From positions 1 to 64,000 of the forward strand of contig QPMI01000469.1 of NCBI GenBank assembly GCA_004431415.1: a stretch of 64,000 nt of DNA, in the 5' to 3' direction. Position 1 is the stretch's first letter. The number at the start of each line of letters is the position of its first letter. Positions 1 to 12,696 of the stretch are shown in pieces. The position numbers and the translations under genes are program-made. The stretch is from Cyanophora paradoxa CCMP329 (taxonomy: Eukaryota > Plantae > Glaucophyta). The notes under the pieces were generated by a model. That model saw only the letters and a list, made by a program, of their open reading frames with translations. It was not told where the DNA came from and did not search any database.

Positions 1-850
1 CTTTTCAGCGCTTGCCACTATTAAAATCAAATCTAGCGCCTTTGATATAGTCCAGGTACGCTTCTCCAGTCAGTGAAAAGGCCGGGATCTTTTCCTGGCT
101 TCATGATCAATTCTCATGATCATCATGAACACTGCATGCATGGGTGCTCAGATCCTCACTGCGAGCCAAATTGAAACTCGGGGCCCATATTGCATACGCC
201 CGCGAGCATGCTGTTGGGGGTTCTCGAGGGCGCTGGATTTGATTATGAAGTCGGTTGAAGATAGTTCCGAGTCTGTGCACGTGCTGCCCTGCAACTTGGC
301 ACAAATGAAGTGTTGGCAATTGGGGCCCACTATTGCTTGGCGAGGCACCAGCACCTTTTCAGCGCTTGCCACTATTAAAATCAAATCTAGCGCCTTTGAT
401 ATAGTCCAGGTACGCTTCTCCAGTCAGTGAAAAGGCCGGGATCTTTTCCTGGCTTCATGATCAATTCTCATGATCATCATGAACACTGCATGCATGGGTG
501 CTCAGATCCTCACTGCGAGCCAAATTGAAACTCGGGGCCCACATTGCATACGCCCGCGAGCATGCTGTTGGGGGTTCTCGAGGGCGCTGGATTTGATTAT
601 GAAGTCGGTTGAAGATAGTTCCGAGTCTGTGCACGTGCTGCCCTGCAACTTGGCACAAATGAAGTGTTGGCAATTGGGGCCCACTATTGCTTGGCGAGGT
701 ACAAGCACCTTTTCAGCGCTTGCCACTATCAAAATCAATTCTAGCGTTTTTGATATAGCCTAGATACGCTTCTCCAGTCAGTGAAAAGGCCGGGATCTTT
801 GCTGGGCCTCATGATCATGATCAGTGATCATGATCATCATGAGCACTACA
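1..850. repeat. Tandem repeat, 354-bp unit, about 2.4 copies (continues off the left edge)
   Basis: CTTTTCAGCGCTTGCCACTA restarts at 1, 355 and 709. Near-identical ORFs are offset by 354 (107/461, 148/502). The third copy is diverged. Confidence 0.95.
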
Positions 851-854
851 CCGC

Positions 855-1500
855 CTGGCGACCCGCGCCACCGCCCGCCGCGCCTCCGCTCCGCCCCGCG
901 AGCCGCGCCGCCACCCCTGAGCCCCCGCCCCGTCCGACGAGCCGCGTCGCCGCCCGACGCGTTTCCGCCCCGCCCCGCGAGCCGCGGCGCCGCTCGCCGC
1001 GCCCCCGCCCGCCCGGCGACCCGCGCCGCCGCCCGCAGCGCCTCCGACCTGCCCGGCGGGCCGCGCCTCCGCCCGCCGCGCCTCCGCCCCGCCCCGCGAG
1101 CCGCGGCGCCGCCCGCCGCGCCTCCGCCCCGCCCGCGAGCCGCGCCTCCGCCCGCCACGCCTCCGCCCTGCCCGGCGAGCCGCGCCTCCGCTCGCCGCGC
1201 CTCCACCCCGTGCGGCGAGCCGCGCCTCCGCTCGCCGCGCCTCCGCCCCGCCCTGCGAGCCGCGTCTCCGCCCGCCGCGCCCCCGCCCCGCCCGCGAGCT
1301 GCGCCGCCACCCGCTGAGCCCCCGCCCTGCCGGAAAGCCGAGTCGCTGCCCGACGCGCCTCCGCCCCGTCCGGCGAGCCGCGTCGCCGCCCGCCGAGCCT
1401 CCGTCCCGCCCCGCGAGCTGCGCCGCCGCCCCGCGCCCCCGCCCCGCCCAGTGAGCCGCGCCGCCACCCTGCCCGGAGAGCCGCGCTCGCCGCGTCTCCC
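855..1500. repeat. GC-rich minisatellite, about 40-nt degenerate unit
   Basis: Repeated GCGAGCCGCGCC..CCCGCCGCGCCTCCGCCCCGCCC. It produces the spurious Arg/Gly/Ala ORFs in all frames. Confidence 0.85.
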
Positions 1501-2019
1501 ACCTGGCCGGAGGGAGCTGTGCCACCACCCGCTGTCTCGCTGAACCCGCCAGGCAAGTTAAGCGGGGGGAGAGAGGGGGGAGGGAGGAGAGCCGTGGGCG
1601 AGGGGAGGGCATACTCCGAGGGCGCTTCGGCGCGGCGGCGGCAGGGCTCTTGCGGCCGCGGGTGCACAGGCAGCCGCGAGGGCGGGCGCGGGGCGCTTGT
1701 CGTTGTGCGGCGCGGCGGGGCGGCGGGGCGCTCGAAGATCCTCTCCCGCGGCAGCGGGACGCCCGAAAATTCAAAATCCTCGAGAGCTGCGAGGGCGTCA
1801 GCAGCAGGCAGGCCGGGCTGTGCCGGGCAGGGCGTTCGGCACGGCGCACCGTCTCTGCGGGGCGGGGCGAAAGCGACGGGGCGGGGCGGGCGACGGCGAC
1901 GGGGCCGGGCGAAGCGACAGCGCCGGGGCGGGCCGGGGAGCCGGCGGGGCTGCACGGGGCTGCACGGGGCGTGCGCCCCGGGCCGCCGCCCGCCGATCCT
2001 ACGCCCCGCCGTGCAATCC

Positions 2020-4150
2020 ATGCTGCCGCCCTCCGCTCCCTCCGACCATCGCCCCGGGACTCGATCATCCTGCGCGACAGGAGCGCCTTGTCAGCGACGC
2101 GTACGCACACAGACCGCTCAACTCACCTCGTCTAGGCCTGAGCCTCACCAAGCTGTGGAAGAGGGGTCCAGAATTCGGAGCCTGGAGACGGCGCGCGCGA
2201 TCCAGCGCCTGGAACGCAAGCAAGAATCGTGAGACATGCGTTCGCGCGCCGCTGACGCAAAGCTATGGTCCGGTGGCCCACCCCGGCGATGGCGACGCGC
2301 TCGGCAGGGCGCGCTCGCCGCCAGCGGCGTGCCGGCACTCCATCGCCCGCTACGAAGGAGAGATCAACAGCGAGAAGCGTGCGGCAGTTCGCCTGTCCCC
2401 CCGTTCCCGGCCAGGCGGCCGCCGCACCTTGGCTCGGCTTGGGCGCAGGGCCAACCAACTGGGCCGACGGGGCTCACCGCCGGCGATCCCTGCGAAATCG
2501 AGTGAGCTGTACGTCACGCGTGGAACGCGGAGGGCACGGCATAGACGCACGTCGTCGGTTTGTGGAGGAAGGCAGGCCGTGAACGCAGCGCCGCACGGAA
2601 ACACGGCCACGCCAGGGCATAGACATGCAGCTGCGAGAACACGGGCCACATGCGCCTAGCTATAGCTAACGAAAGGGCCGCGCGCCGCATCTGCGAGCTT
2701 CCGCCAACGTGCTCGGCACCGCGGCCGAGCGAGCTGCGAAGGAGCATGGGACCGCTCAGGCTTCCTCGGAAAGCTGAGCCGAAGGGCGTCCTCAAGCATC
2801 CTCGATCGATATCGCTGTTGGTGTCGCTGCCGCTTTCGCCCAACAGCTGTGTACCCCGAATTCCGCGGCCTTGCACTTTGAAGAGCACGCAGGGCAAGAA
2901 CTGGCTGCGGCCTCCAGCACGGGACGCAATGCAATCTCGGTGCGTCGGCGCTGGGCTCTCCACCGCAGCGCATCCTGGTCTCCCTTACTCCACAATTTCA
3001 AACAGGTCAAACGGAGTCCGCACAGCTGCCGCGAACTTGACGAGCCTCGAGCGCGAACGACGTTCGAAGGTGCCTACTTGCATCCTCTCGCGTCCCCCGC
3101 CTGTCGCCGGCCTGATTTCAAACGCAGAGCGCTGCCCCAGGGCGGCGGGCGCCCGCTCGTGGCGAAGAGCGCTCGTGTACGCGTCGTTCTTGCCTCTTCA
3201 AGCGCCCTTGATCTGCATTCTTAGCCCGGCCGCCGCCGCCAAGTGTTCCTTCTTTTGGTCGGCTCGCGCAGAAAGGAGAAGGCGGCTGCCGATGCGAAGC
3301 AAGGTGCTTTTTCGTTTCATCTCCTTTGCCCCAATCCCTCATTCCGCTGGCGGTCCAGGGAACGGGGTGACTGGCCCGCGCGAGCAGAGCACCACCATCC
3401 AGTTCGCCTAGCGTCTTCTCCCGCAGGCCAGGTGCTCGCTCTTGTTTCCGTTACTCTCGCGTTGATGTTTTTGTGACGCCGGCCGCGTGCGCAGCGGAGC
3501 GGGTGCCGTTCTCGGACGCGTGGCTTCTGGACGGCCGCGGCCTCGGAGTTCCTTGTGCTTGCGGCCGCTGGGGCGCAGGTGCGGCAGGTGCGGTCGTTTG
3601 CCGGCGCGCATTCTTCTCTTCTTTCGGTTGACGCTCCGAGCTCAGCGAGCGCTGCGCCGTCGCGGCGACCGCGTTCCGGGCGCTCTCAATCTTGGTGTGG
3701 GCGCTCGGCGACAGGTGCGGTCTGTTTATTGGCGCGCGTTCTCTCTTCTTTTGATTGACATTCCTCTCCGTGCGCAGCGAGCGCTCTGCCTTCGACGTCG
3801 GGCACGGGCAAGGGATGCTGGAAGCGGGGACGGGCCTCCTGCTCTCTCCTTGCTGCGGTGCGCAGACGTCCCCTTGCTTCCCACTTCTCTCTTTATGCTA
3901 GGAGCCCGCTTATCCTGATGCGCGCAGCGCAGCGAGCGCGGCGACGTTCCGCAGCGAGTGCGGCGAGGCGCATTCTGCCTGGGCCGGAGGCGGGCTGCTG
4001 GCGATCGGCTGGGCATGCGCAGGCGGCGGACGATGCCGCAGGCAGGACAGCAGTACTACCTGCTGTTCGGCAGCTGATTGCAGTTAAAACGTTAGTTTTC
4101 CTTTTCTCGGCAACTAGCGCGGGGGACGACGCCGCTTGCAGGTCATTGCG
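2020..4150 (+). other. Putative intron-rich transcript; hypothetical protein or lncRNA
   Basis: Series of GT..pyrimidine-rich..CAG intron-like blocks (about 3070-3128, 3303-3357, 3431-3494, 3587-3645, 3715-3777). One splice path reads SNGVRTAAANLTSLERERRSK-SAAPGRR..KKEKAAADAKQ. No domain recognised. Confidence 0.3.
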
Positions 4151-4967
4151 TATTGTGTAAAGCCCTTACAGCCTAAGTTGCAGGCGGGCAGATTGGGGCA
4201 GATGAGCTCGAGGGCGCCCGCGCACGATCGGCCACGAGGCCGCTAGCTGTTTCACAGTGTGCGCACATCTACACGAGGGCGCCGCGCGGGCTCGGGATTG
4301 GCCCCCACGAGGGCGCTGAGCTGTGTGCGCATGCGCACATGTACTACGGTACGACCTAGGGGCGCCGGCGCCACGCGTACGCGTGCCCCGTCGAGCTTGA
4401 CGACCGACTCTCTCTCTCGGCGAGCTCGAGCCGCGTCGAGCTCAGGCCCATAGCAACGAGCTCGACGACCGTCGACCGGTACCGGCCACGCTGCTGGCTA
4501 TAGCTACGTATACGCCGGCGCAGTGCGTCCAGCTGCGTCGAGCGGCGCAGTGCGTCAAACTTCGAGTGCGTCGAGCGACGCAGTTTCGTGAAACTTGGCG
4601 CACTGCTTGAAACTGCGTGGAGATTTCGAGCAGTGCTTCATTTCCGACGCAATGCTTGAAATTCCCACGCAATGCTTGAAATTTCCGACGCAATGCGTGG
4701 GTGAGCCAAAAGTGCCGGGGTACGCGACGGCCCCTCCTGCACGGCGACGCCGCGGGGTGACGAACCTCGAGCATACACTCGACGGCGCGGCCTGGCTACC
4801 GGCCGAGGGTCGCCGCCGCCGACTTCAAGTTCGAGGACAGGAGAGCTCCGCTGACGGGCTTCAAGCTCGAGGACGGGAGAGCTCGGCCCGGAGGCCTCGG
4901 TCTCAGTCACCGGAAGGAGGGGAGGGGTACAGACGAGGAGAGCGAGCCGTCGCTACCCCGTCCATCT

Positions 4968-7004
4968 TTGCGAGGCTTCGATCGTCAAGCAGCTGACCGC
5001 ACGCTACGCGACTCTGTGGAACGGGCACGACGCCGGGCCCTCACGGATGACGGCCAATCTTCGCAGTCCTCGGCGTCCGACGGAACGTCGAACTCAAGAC
5101 GGAGCACGGCTTGGAGTGTCCCGCGCCAATACCAGCGACGGCTTGAAAAGGACTACGCTGACCGCCTCGCCAGTGATCGCGACAGACGTTCGCGTGCGGC
5201 CCGAGATCTGCACGAAGCCTCGCGGGAGAGGACGGCGACGACGCTCGAACGGCGACGCCAACTGGCAGAGATGGGCCGTACCCCGTCTGAGATCGACGCG
5301 CTCGTACCCCTGCCCTCTGTTCGGAACCGAACCCCGGAGGAGCGGCGCAGACGGCGACAATCCCGCAAGGCGCTGAACGCCAAGGCATGCCCCGTACCGC
5401 GGATGAAGCCTCCCAAGGGCAAGAATTCACGGCAGTCTCGATATGCCATTGCGCCCCCGTCGCATCTCGACGTTGCTGACGAGGAAGAGTACATGCACTT
5501 CCTGCAGCAAGAACGTGACCTCGGTCGTCCGCGACCTGATCCCACTTCTAGCAGCGCTATCGCCCCGCTGGACGAAGGTGAAGGCGCCCAGAATGAGCCG
5601 ACACACGTTCGCTTGCCGCGTGGCACCGTTGTCATGGACACCTGGAGCGAGGGCCCCGCCCCCTCGTTGACGTTCCTCCGCCACCGACGATCCGTGAACT
5701 TGTTTCCGATGGGACCGCGGTCATCATGGCTCAGGCTCGTGACCCTCTTTGCCAGATGGTGTTCGCACTTCTTCGCGAGAAGGAGAACCTGGCGCGCTGT
5801 CACTCCCACTACACTGCTGGTGAACGTGACCCGGAGGTGCTTGGGAGCTGCATTCTCTGCAAGTCTGCACGCGATCGCTTCGCTCGTGAAGCTACTCAGT
5901 ACACGATCGATGAGCAAGATACCGTACTGCGGTTGCCCTTGCTCCCACTATGCGGCCTCAGATCGTTGTACCCCAGAGTGGCGGGAGAAGATTGTTCACG
6001 CTTACCACGATGACTGGGCTCACCGTGGTGCCCCCATTGTTGCTCGGCGCATCGCCTCACGGTTTTGGTGGCCGGGCATGACGACTGCTGTCCATCGCTA
6101 CGTGAAGACGTGCCGACACTGTCAGTTTGCCAAGGCTCACAAGAAGCCGAAGTCACAATTCACTGTGATCGAGTCTGAGCATCCTGGCGACTTGCGTCAA
6201 GCCGATCACTTCCCTATGGCGCCCTCTGAGAACGGTCGACTTCACCGTTTCACACTTGTGCACATTGACGTCGACGCTTTTACCAAGTACCCTGAGATTT
6301 TGATGCTGACGGAGGCTGATGGTCGTGCCTGTGAGTGGGCTGCACAAACTGTGTACGCGAATCACGGCCCTTGCAAGCGGTATCTCACGGATAACGCCAA
6401 GGTCTTCACGCCTACTAGTCTCTGGGGCAAATTCTGGACTCGCCAGGGTACTCGGTTGATTTACGCTCCCACGTCCCACCAGTCCACGAACGGCGGTGCT
6501 GAGCGGCTTGGTGGCATTTACAAGCGCTTGGTGTATGCTCTTTGCGATGAGAACGGGGAGGACAATTCCCATTGGCCTTTCTATCATTATCGCGTGCTCT
6601 TCGCTCTCCGGACCACGATTCACGCTGCCACTGGTTTTTCACCCGCCGCTCTGCACTTTGGACGAGAATTGATGTTGCCTGGCGATCTTCGTCTCGACCT
6701 CACCCTGCGCGAACCTCACGAAGATCCCGTTTCTCTCTACGATTACGCTTTGTCGGTCGCTCGAGCCGCCCGCGACCAAATCTCTGCCGTCCGAGAACAC
6801 CGCAAACTTTACAACAAGAAGTTGCTTCGCTATGGCACTGGCCGTGAGCCGCATCGTGTTTTCAAGCCTGGTGACAAAGTGTTGTGCTGGATTATCAGCG
6901 CGAAGACCAGTAACGTCAAGCGCACTGGGCCTCGCAATGGTTGGACTGGCCCTTACACTCAAGTTGTTTGGCGTGGTGCACGTGGCCTTATAATTATAAA
7001 TTAA
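4968..7004 (+). mobile_element. Decayed Gypsy/Ginger-type retroviral-like integrase (H2C2 zinc finger, DDE core, GPY/F); no RT or RNase H visible
   Basis: HAYHDDWAHRG..RFWWPGM..CRHCQ zinc finger; ADH..DAFTK..YLTDNAKVF..TNGGAER core; WTGPY motif. The linker AQARDPL..IVVPPEWRE is split across frames near 5935-5975. Confidence 0.9.
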
Positions 7005-7422
7005 AGCTTCAGCTGGGCGGATCGAGCCTCGCGATCGGAGACAGTCGCCGAATCGGACAACTTGGAAAGGGTATGGGCAACGAGGGCCACTGTGGCACAG
7101 CGCTAGCCTGGAAACAAATTAAACTTCGAAACATTAATGCACCTGCCGCAGTGCCAGGCTGCAAAGAGGGTAGTGCACATGTGCAGCTGGGGCCCGGGGC
7201 GGGGCCGGGGGGGGTATATAAGCAGAGCCTTGTTTCCAATAATCCAGAGTTTAGAGAGTAAAGGTGTCAAGGGTGCCAAGTACAACGGTTAAGTTGAATT
7301 CGAACAGGGATAGATCATCTGACTCATGGCCCGGGCCCCCACAGTGTCACAGTGTGCTGTAAGCTTTGGCATTGATGCTGTTTTCAGTTCATCAAACAGT
7401 GACAGACTGCTCATGGTTATAA

Positions 7423-8377
7423 TTATAAAACATCGTCATCTCTTAATATTTCATCATCATCATCATCTATGGCCGCCTTGACACCTAAGTACCTCAATTC
7501 TGCTCGGAGCTCGTCATATCTCAAGAACTTTCGTAAGAGAGCTGTAAAAGAAAGGCTCAGAAGGGCAGCAATGCACATTTCTCTTGCTGGACAGTACCTG
7601 GAATTCCTCGCTGCTCTATGTCGCTCATCCGGGGAAGCTTGCCATTCTCTGACCGGTAGGACGCACTCCATAACGCGAGATCTTGTTTAAGGGCAGTGTA
7701 TTGACGCACTACACGAGTTGTCAGAGATTGCTTTACAAAGCGATTCGGAGAGTTCTCACATCGTTTCAATCCTTCGTGCCCCAGAACTTGTTCTAGCGTG
7801 GCCTCCTTTTGCCTGGGAGAAATTGAGTGTCAGTCCTTTCCGTTGCCGCACCTGCGAGCATCACCCACTCTTCTTCATACAGCTGCTGTTCCCTCTGTCG
7901 TCTCCGCCTTTGAGCCTCCTGTGTGCATGCATCCGATGAGCACATGAGGGCAGCATCGACGATTCGCAAGCCGACGCGCCTGCATCTTCAAGCGCGTCTC
8001 CTCACTCATTGTTGTGCCTTTGTTCCACGCGGACCTCCCTTTCAGGGCTTCGGTGACGCGCTCACGGTGGCCTGCGGCGCTCTTGATCAGCGGTGGCTCT
8101 TGACACCGTGCTTCGGCGCGCTGCTTCACGTACCGGCTACCCGCCAACGCGCTCTGAGCGACTCACGCATCTTCTCTATGGTCTCCGGGCTGTGCTTGCG
8201 CCGTCGGCGGGGTGTCTTTGGCTCGCTGGGGAGCTTCGGCGGCGCCTTGGCGTGCCGCTCGAGTTCAGCGCGCTGCAGGTGCCCTACTAAGCTAGCGACC
8301 GTGTTGCGCGCTAGCCTAAAGCACCGATCGCCCGTGGTCAACGCCGCCGGGCAGGAACACCACGCGATAGAGGACAT
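7423..8377 (-). CDS. NUMOD3-motif protein, probably organelle-targeted, with a C-terminal Sld2/RECQL4-N-like helical domain; multi-exon
   Basis: [14 protein letters not shown] and [17 protein letters not shown] (NUMOD3). Spliced C-terminus [43 protein letters not shown]; stop at 7423. Confidence 0.7.
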
Positions 8378-8587
8378 GTCGCGCGCTCGCTGCCGAAAGC
8401 GGCTGTGCGCGACGCACTGCGCGGTCACGTGGTTTATCCGCAGGGACTAGGCTCGGCCAGTCGCCAGGCTCTCCAAGGCGACGGTCGGCGGGCGGCGGGT
8501 GCCGGCGGCGGGCGGCGGGCGGCGGGCGCCGGGCGCGCGCGTGGGGGTACACGGAGAGGGCGACGCCAAGCAGTCCTGCCGCGGACG

Positions 8588-9835
8588 ATGCTGTCGATGC
8601 TGGGAAGGCGCTTGGCCGCTGCGCGGCCTGCCGCTGTCGGACGGCTCGGGCGCCCCGCCGCCGTCGCAGACGCGCAGCGCACGGCGCAGCTCGCGTGCGG
8701 GCGGCGCCACCTCTCGGCAACTAGCTACCTCATCCCGATCGTGCTCGAGCAGACGGCGCGCGGCGAGCGCTCGTACGACATTTTCTCGTACGCGCCGTCC
8801 CGCTTCACCGCCGCCCGCCCCCCGCGCTCACGCGCCCCGTCAGTCGCCTCCTTAAGGAGCGCATCATCTGTCTTAATGGACCGGTGCTTCATGCGATGCC
8901 TCAGGCAGCGGCGAGCAGCGCTGATAGCGCCACAGGTGACGGACGAGATGGCGGCTGTCGTTGTGGCGCAACTGCTGTTCCTCGAGTCCGAGAATCCGGA
9001 GAAGGAGATCTTTATGTACATTAACAGTCCTGGCGGCATCGTCTCGGCGGGTCTTGCTATCGTTGCGGCACAACCCGTCCCACAATGTCGCGCGCGTCGC
9101 GTCGCTCATCGTCGCCCGCGGCAGTATGACACCATGCAGTACGTGCGGCCGCCGATTGCAACGGTGTGCGTCGGGCAGGCTGCCTCTATGGGGTCCCTGT
9201 TACTTGCCGCGGGCTCAGCCGGGCACCGCCGCTCGCTTCCGAACGCGCGGGTCATGGTCCACCAACCCAGCGGAGGCGCCCATGGCCAGGTGTGTCCCCC
9301 GCCTACCCTGTCGCCCCTCCTGCGGCCGAAGCTGCAGAGCTGATGCCGGCGGGACCCTACCCGCGCAGGCGTCGGACATCGCCATCCACGCGCAGGAGAT
9401 TCTTAATCTTCGCAAGCGCCTAAACGAGCTATACTCCTTCCACACGGGCAAGACCGTCGACGAAATCGGCTAGTACCCCCGCACCCCTGCGCGTGTCCAC
9501 CTCTGACCGTTTAAACGTTTCCTAACCCTCGCAGAAAAAGTCATGGAGCGCGATTTCTTCATGACCCCTGAGCAGGCGTGCCGTGGTTTAAATAATTAGT
9601 CCTGAGCTCCCTCCTGCCGCTTTCTGATCCGGAGCACACCGCAGGCAAAGGACTTCGGCATTATTGACGAAGTCATCTCCAAGCGCCCCGTGCACTCCCC
9701 TTCATGCGCTCTCCTTGCTACCTCTCCCTCACGCATTCGACGTAGACGGATTCTTCCGAGAGCCAGAAGGCGGCGGACGGCAAGCCCTCCGAGAGCGACG
9801 CCGCGGCGACAGGCAAAAAGGGCAAGAAGGCGTGA
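8588..9835 (+). CDS. CLPP: ATP-dependent Clp protease proteolytic subunit, mitochondrial type; multi-exon
   Basis: [58 protein letters not shown]. Arg-rich presequence [14 protein letters not shown]. Confidence 0.95.
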
Positions 9836-9951
9836 TCCCCATGCCAAGAATGCGTAATCTCCGTTCTTGCAGCTTCCTAAGTGGTATCCGGGAGGTCTCC
9901 AAGCACGATTTCATGTATTTGGATACATGTGCGCGCAACTAAGAGCACAAG

Positions 9952-11926
9952 CTACTGCTTCCGGACGGCCTCGAGGATCTGAGAAAGGCAGAGTTGAATA
10001 TCAGGCGCGGGGGAGAGGAGGGGGGTGAGAGAGGTAGGGGGTGGGGGTGGGGGGTGGGAGGGAGTGGGGGGATGGGGGGAGGAGGAGGGGATGGGCGGAG
10101 GGGTGGGTGAACGGGGTAGGGGGGTCGTGGCCGACCTTCGAGAAGTAGAAGCGCGTCGATGAGAAGGACTCACGCTTCACCTCGAATCTAAGTTCTGAGT
10201 AAGGGGCGGAGAACGGAGGGCAGCGCGCTCCAAGCCAGAGGGTCGCACCCGTTCTCCTCCAGAATGCGACGGATCTCACTCTCAGCGTGCAAGTACGCAC
10301 GGGTCGCCTTGCTGGGACCGGGGAAGAGCGAGCCGACCCTGGGGGCACTCGGCGGGCGGGCAAACGGTAGGGGAGGGGGGTGGGGGTGGGGTGGGATTTG
10401 GGTGTGGGCGGGCGGGGGGGGGGGGGGGGGGGGGCGCACTTTTTGAGGAGGGCGAGGCCCGGGGTGTAGGGGGCGAACGAGACGATCAAGCGGCGATCTG
10501 AGAGGGAGGCCAGGTGCGCGATCATCTCCGAAGCCTTGTCCTGCATTTCGGAAGGCACGGTGTAAGGGGCGGTCTACATGAGCACTAAGATGAATTCGAC
10601 CTGGGGGTAGTGGATGAACACGTCCAGACAGCACACAGTGTCGTACTTGCCAGCGACGGACTCCAGGTCCTGAGCCAAGTCAATCTTCGGAGTACCTATC
10701 CACCGCAACCAAAGCGGTACCGAGGTGGTGAACTTCGGGTTTACGGCAGCGTCAGACTTCGGGGTAGCCTCCCACCGGGCCTGGGCCTCGCTCGTCTGAC
10801 GCGGTGGCCGTGAGCCGGGTGGAGAAGGGGGTATATGCAACACGGGCACCATGGCCGCTGAGATGTCCGACGCGGAAACAATCGCGCCTGCGATGAGAGG
10901 AGTCAAGAGGCCGGGGGAAAGAGGGTGGTCCGGCTGAGTCGCCCGAAACAGCGGCACGCAGGGAGGGGATGAAACCCCTCCTATCCGACCGGGGCTATCC
11001 GAGCTTTTTTTTGAGAGAGGATGAGGGTGGGAGATAGAGGGCAAGGGGAGGGGGGGGGGGGGGGGTGGAAAGGGGCTATGGCCGGAGTTCAGGAAGGGCA
11101 CCCTCGAGAGCAGCGGGGATAGCGAGCGAGCCGCAGCCGCAGCCGAGGTCGCAGAGGGTGCGCCCCTTCAAAGTCCCGTCTTCATCGGCGCGGAGCCACG
11201 CGAGCACGGTGTCCACGGTGACCTGGGCTCGGGGGGAGTGTCGGGCACATAGACTAGCGCGGATAATTGCCTGCGCTCGCCTGGTGGCCCTCACGGATGT
11301 CCTTCTGGACCTTGTTGACGTCCTCAGTCTCGCCGTAAATTCGGCGCCACCGATCAAAGCCTTCGGCGCGTTGGCTGGGGGCAGGCATAGTGGCGCATTG
11401 AGCGGACCTGTGTTGTTGAAGTACTCTTCAACGACCTTCTTGTCGTCGATATCGCTGGTGGTTTCGTTCTTCGTGCCGACGGCAAGGATCGCTAGGCCGC
11501 CCGCGACCGCCGCGACCGCCGGGAGAACCTCTGCGGTCTGCTCGATACGGGCGACAATTAGATCCGGCGAGGGGGGCGATTGGGTGCGCGGGACTGACTA
11601 CATCAATCCTGCATGCCAAATGCTATTTAAACGCGACGAACCTCAAGAGCGGCGAGCACTGCAGGGGCGGCAGGGGAAGCAGCCGCGAAGCCGCACCCGC
11701 ACCCGCACTTGCAGCCGGCGCGGCCGCTGCAGCTGCACGCCTCGCGAAGCTTCTCGCTGCTACCGAACGCGCTCGAGGCCGCGAACCGGATGGCGGAGGC
11801 GGATGGCACGACGCGAGAGGGGATGCCGCGAACGGGGCCAGCGCGGCAGATCCGCGAGCTGGTCGAGGCCACCGGCTGGGCCGGGGCGGCGCGCGGGGTC
11901 AGGGCTGCCGGGCTGGCGAACTGCAT
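9952..11926 (-). CDS. CHLM: Mg-protoporphyrin IX methyltransferase, plastid-targeted; multi-exon
   Basis: GFDRWRRIYGE, CDLGCGCGSL, SDISAAMV, YDTVCCLDVFIHYP, GSLFPGPSKATRAYLH, TRFYFSK. Transit peptide MQFASPAA. Confidence 0.95.
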
Positions 11927-12499
11927 CTCAGGAAAAAAAAACGATAGATCGATTCTGGGGTACATTATCTTCTTGGCTCGAAGCCGGAGTTGGCCCAAAG
12001 TTCGTGCTCGAAGCCGGAGTTGGCCCAATGCGATCGCGTCCAGGGGACGAGCCGGCGCCGCCAGCGGAGGCCGCGCAGGGGGCGGCACGCGCAGCAGGCA
12101 AGCGTCAGTCTAAGCAGAAAAAGCTCTTCGAGAATGAGTACGCAGTCTCGGAGACGAAAAGTCAGCAGCACGCGTTACGTAGTTGAGAATCCTGCGTACG
12201 CGGAGCGCTGCGATAATAATGCAGAGCACAAGAAACAGCGTTATGCGGATGACCCCGAAGCTCCTCGAGGAGGCGTAGACTAATTAGATCGTGTACGGTT
12301 GAATGCCGTCGGCCGTGATTGGAGTGACGGAGTCGTCCTCGCGGATCCGCCTCATTCCGTCGTTCGCCCGGAGCGCCGGAAGCCGGCCGTAGCTTACACG
12401 TGCGGTTCGATGGCACGACGTCTCGTTGTGCCGCGCACGGTCCGCACCACCGCGCACTTTGCTTGATCGCTCGCCGCTGACCTGGCGAGCACCGGCCAG

Positions 12500-12696
12500 C
12501 TCGGCCCGCGAGTCGCTCTCTGTTATCTGTGCGAAGGCTGAGGCACCCGAAAAGTTGGAATTCCAGGCTGAGGTCAATCGGCTGATGGTGCGCCCGCCAT
12601 TCTCGAGCTCGCACACCAGCGGCAGACCTGCCAAGCACGAGATCTGACTGCTCTACAGGATCTCATTATTGACTTGCTTTACAGCAACAAGGAGAT
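12500..12696 (+). pseudogene. HSP90: Truncated intron-containing fragment of an organellar HSP90 N-terminus
   Basis: VICAKAEAPEKLEFQAEVNRLM, intron, DLIIDLLYSNKE, then homology stops abruptly just before a dispersed repeat. Confidence 0.8.

Noticed and set aside
1-850. CRISPR-like or coding interpretation of this tandem array (also 47425-48148)
   Set aside because: Whole units are repeated without unique spacers, the context is eukaryotic, and there are no cas genes.
778-2110. Long Arg/Gly/Ala/Pro ORFs in several frames
   Set aside because: They result from stop-poor GC minisatellite and GC-rich sequence and carry no domain signal.
5930-5980. Programmed ribosomal frameshift in the integrase region
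   Set aside because: There are multiple 1-nt slips at homopolymers and no slippery heptamer, so decay or sequencing error is more likely.
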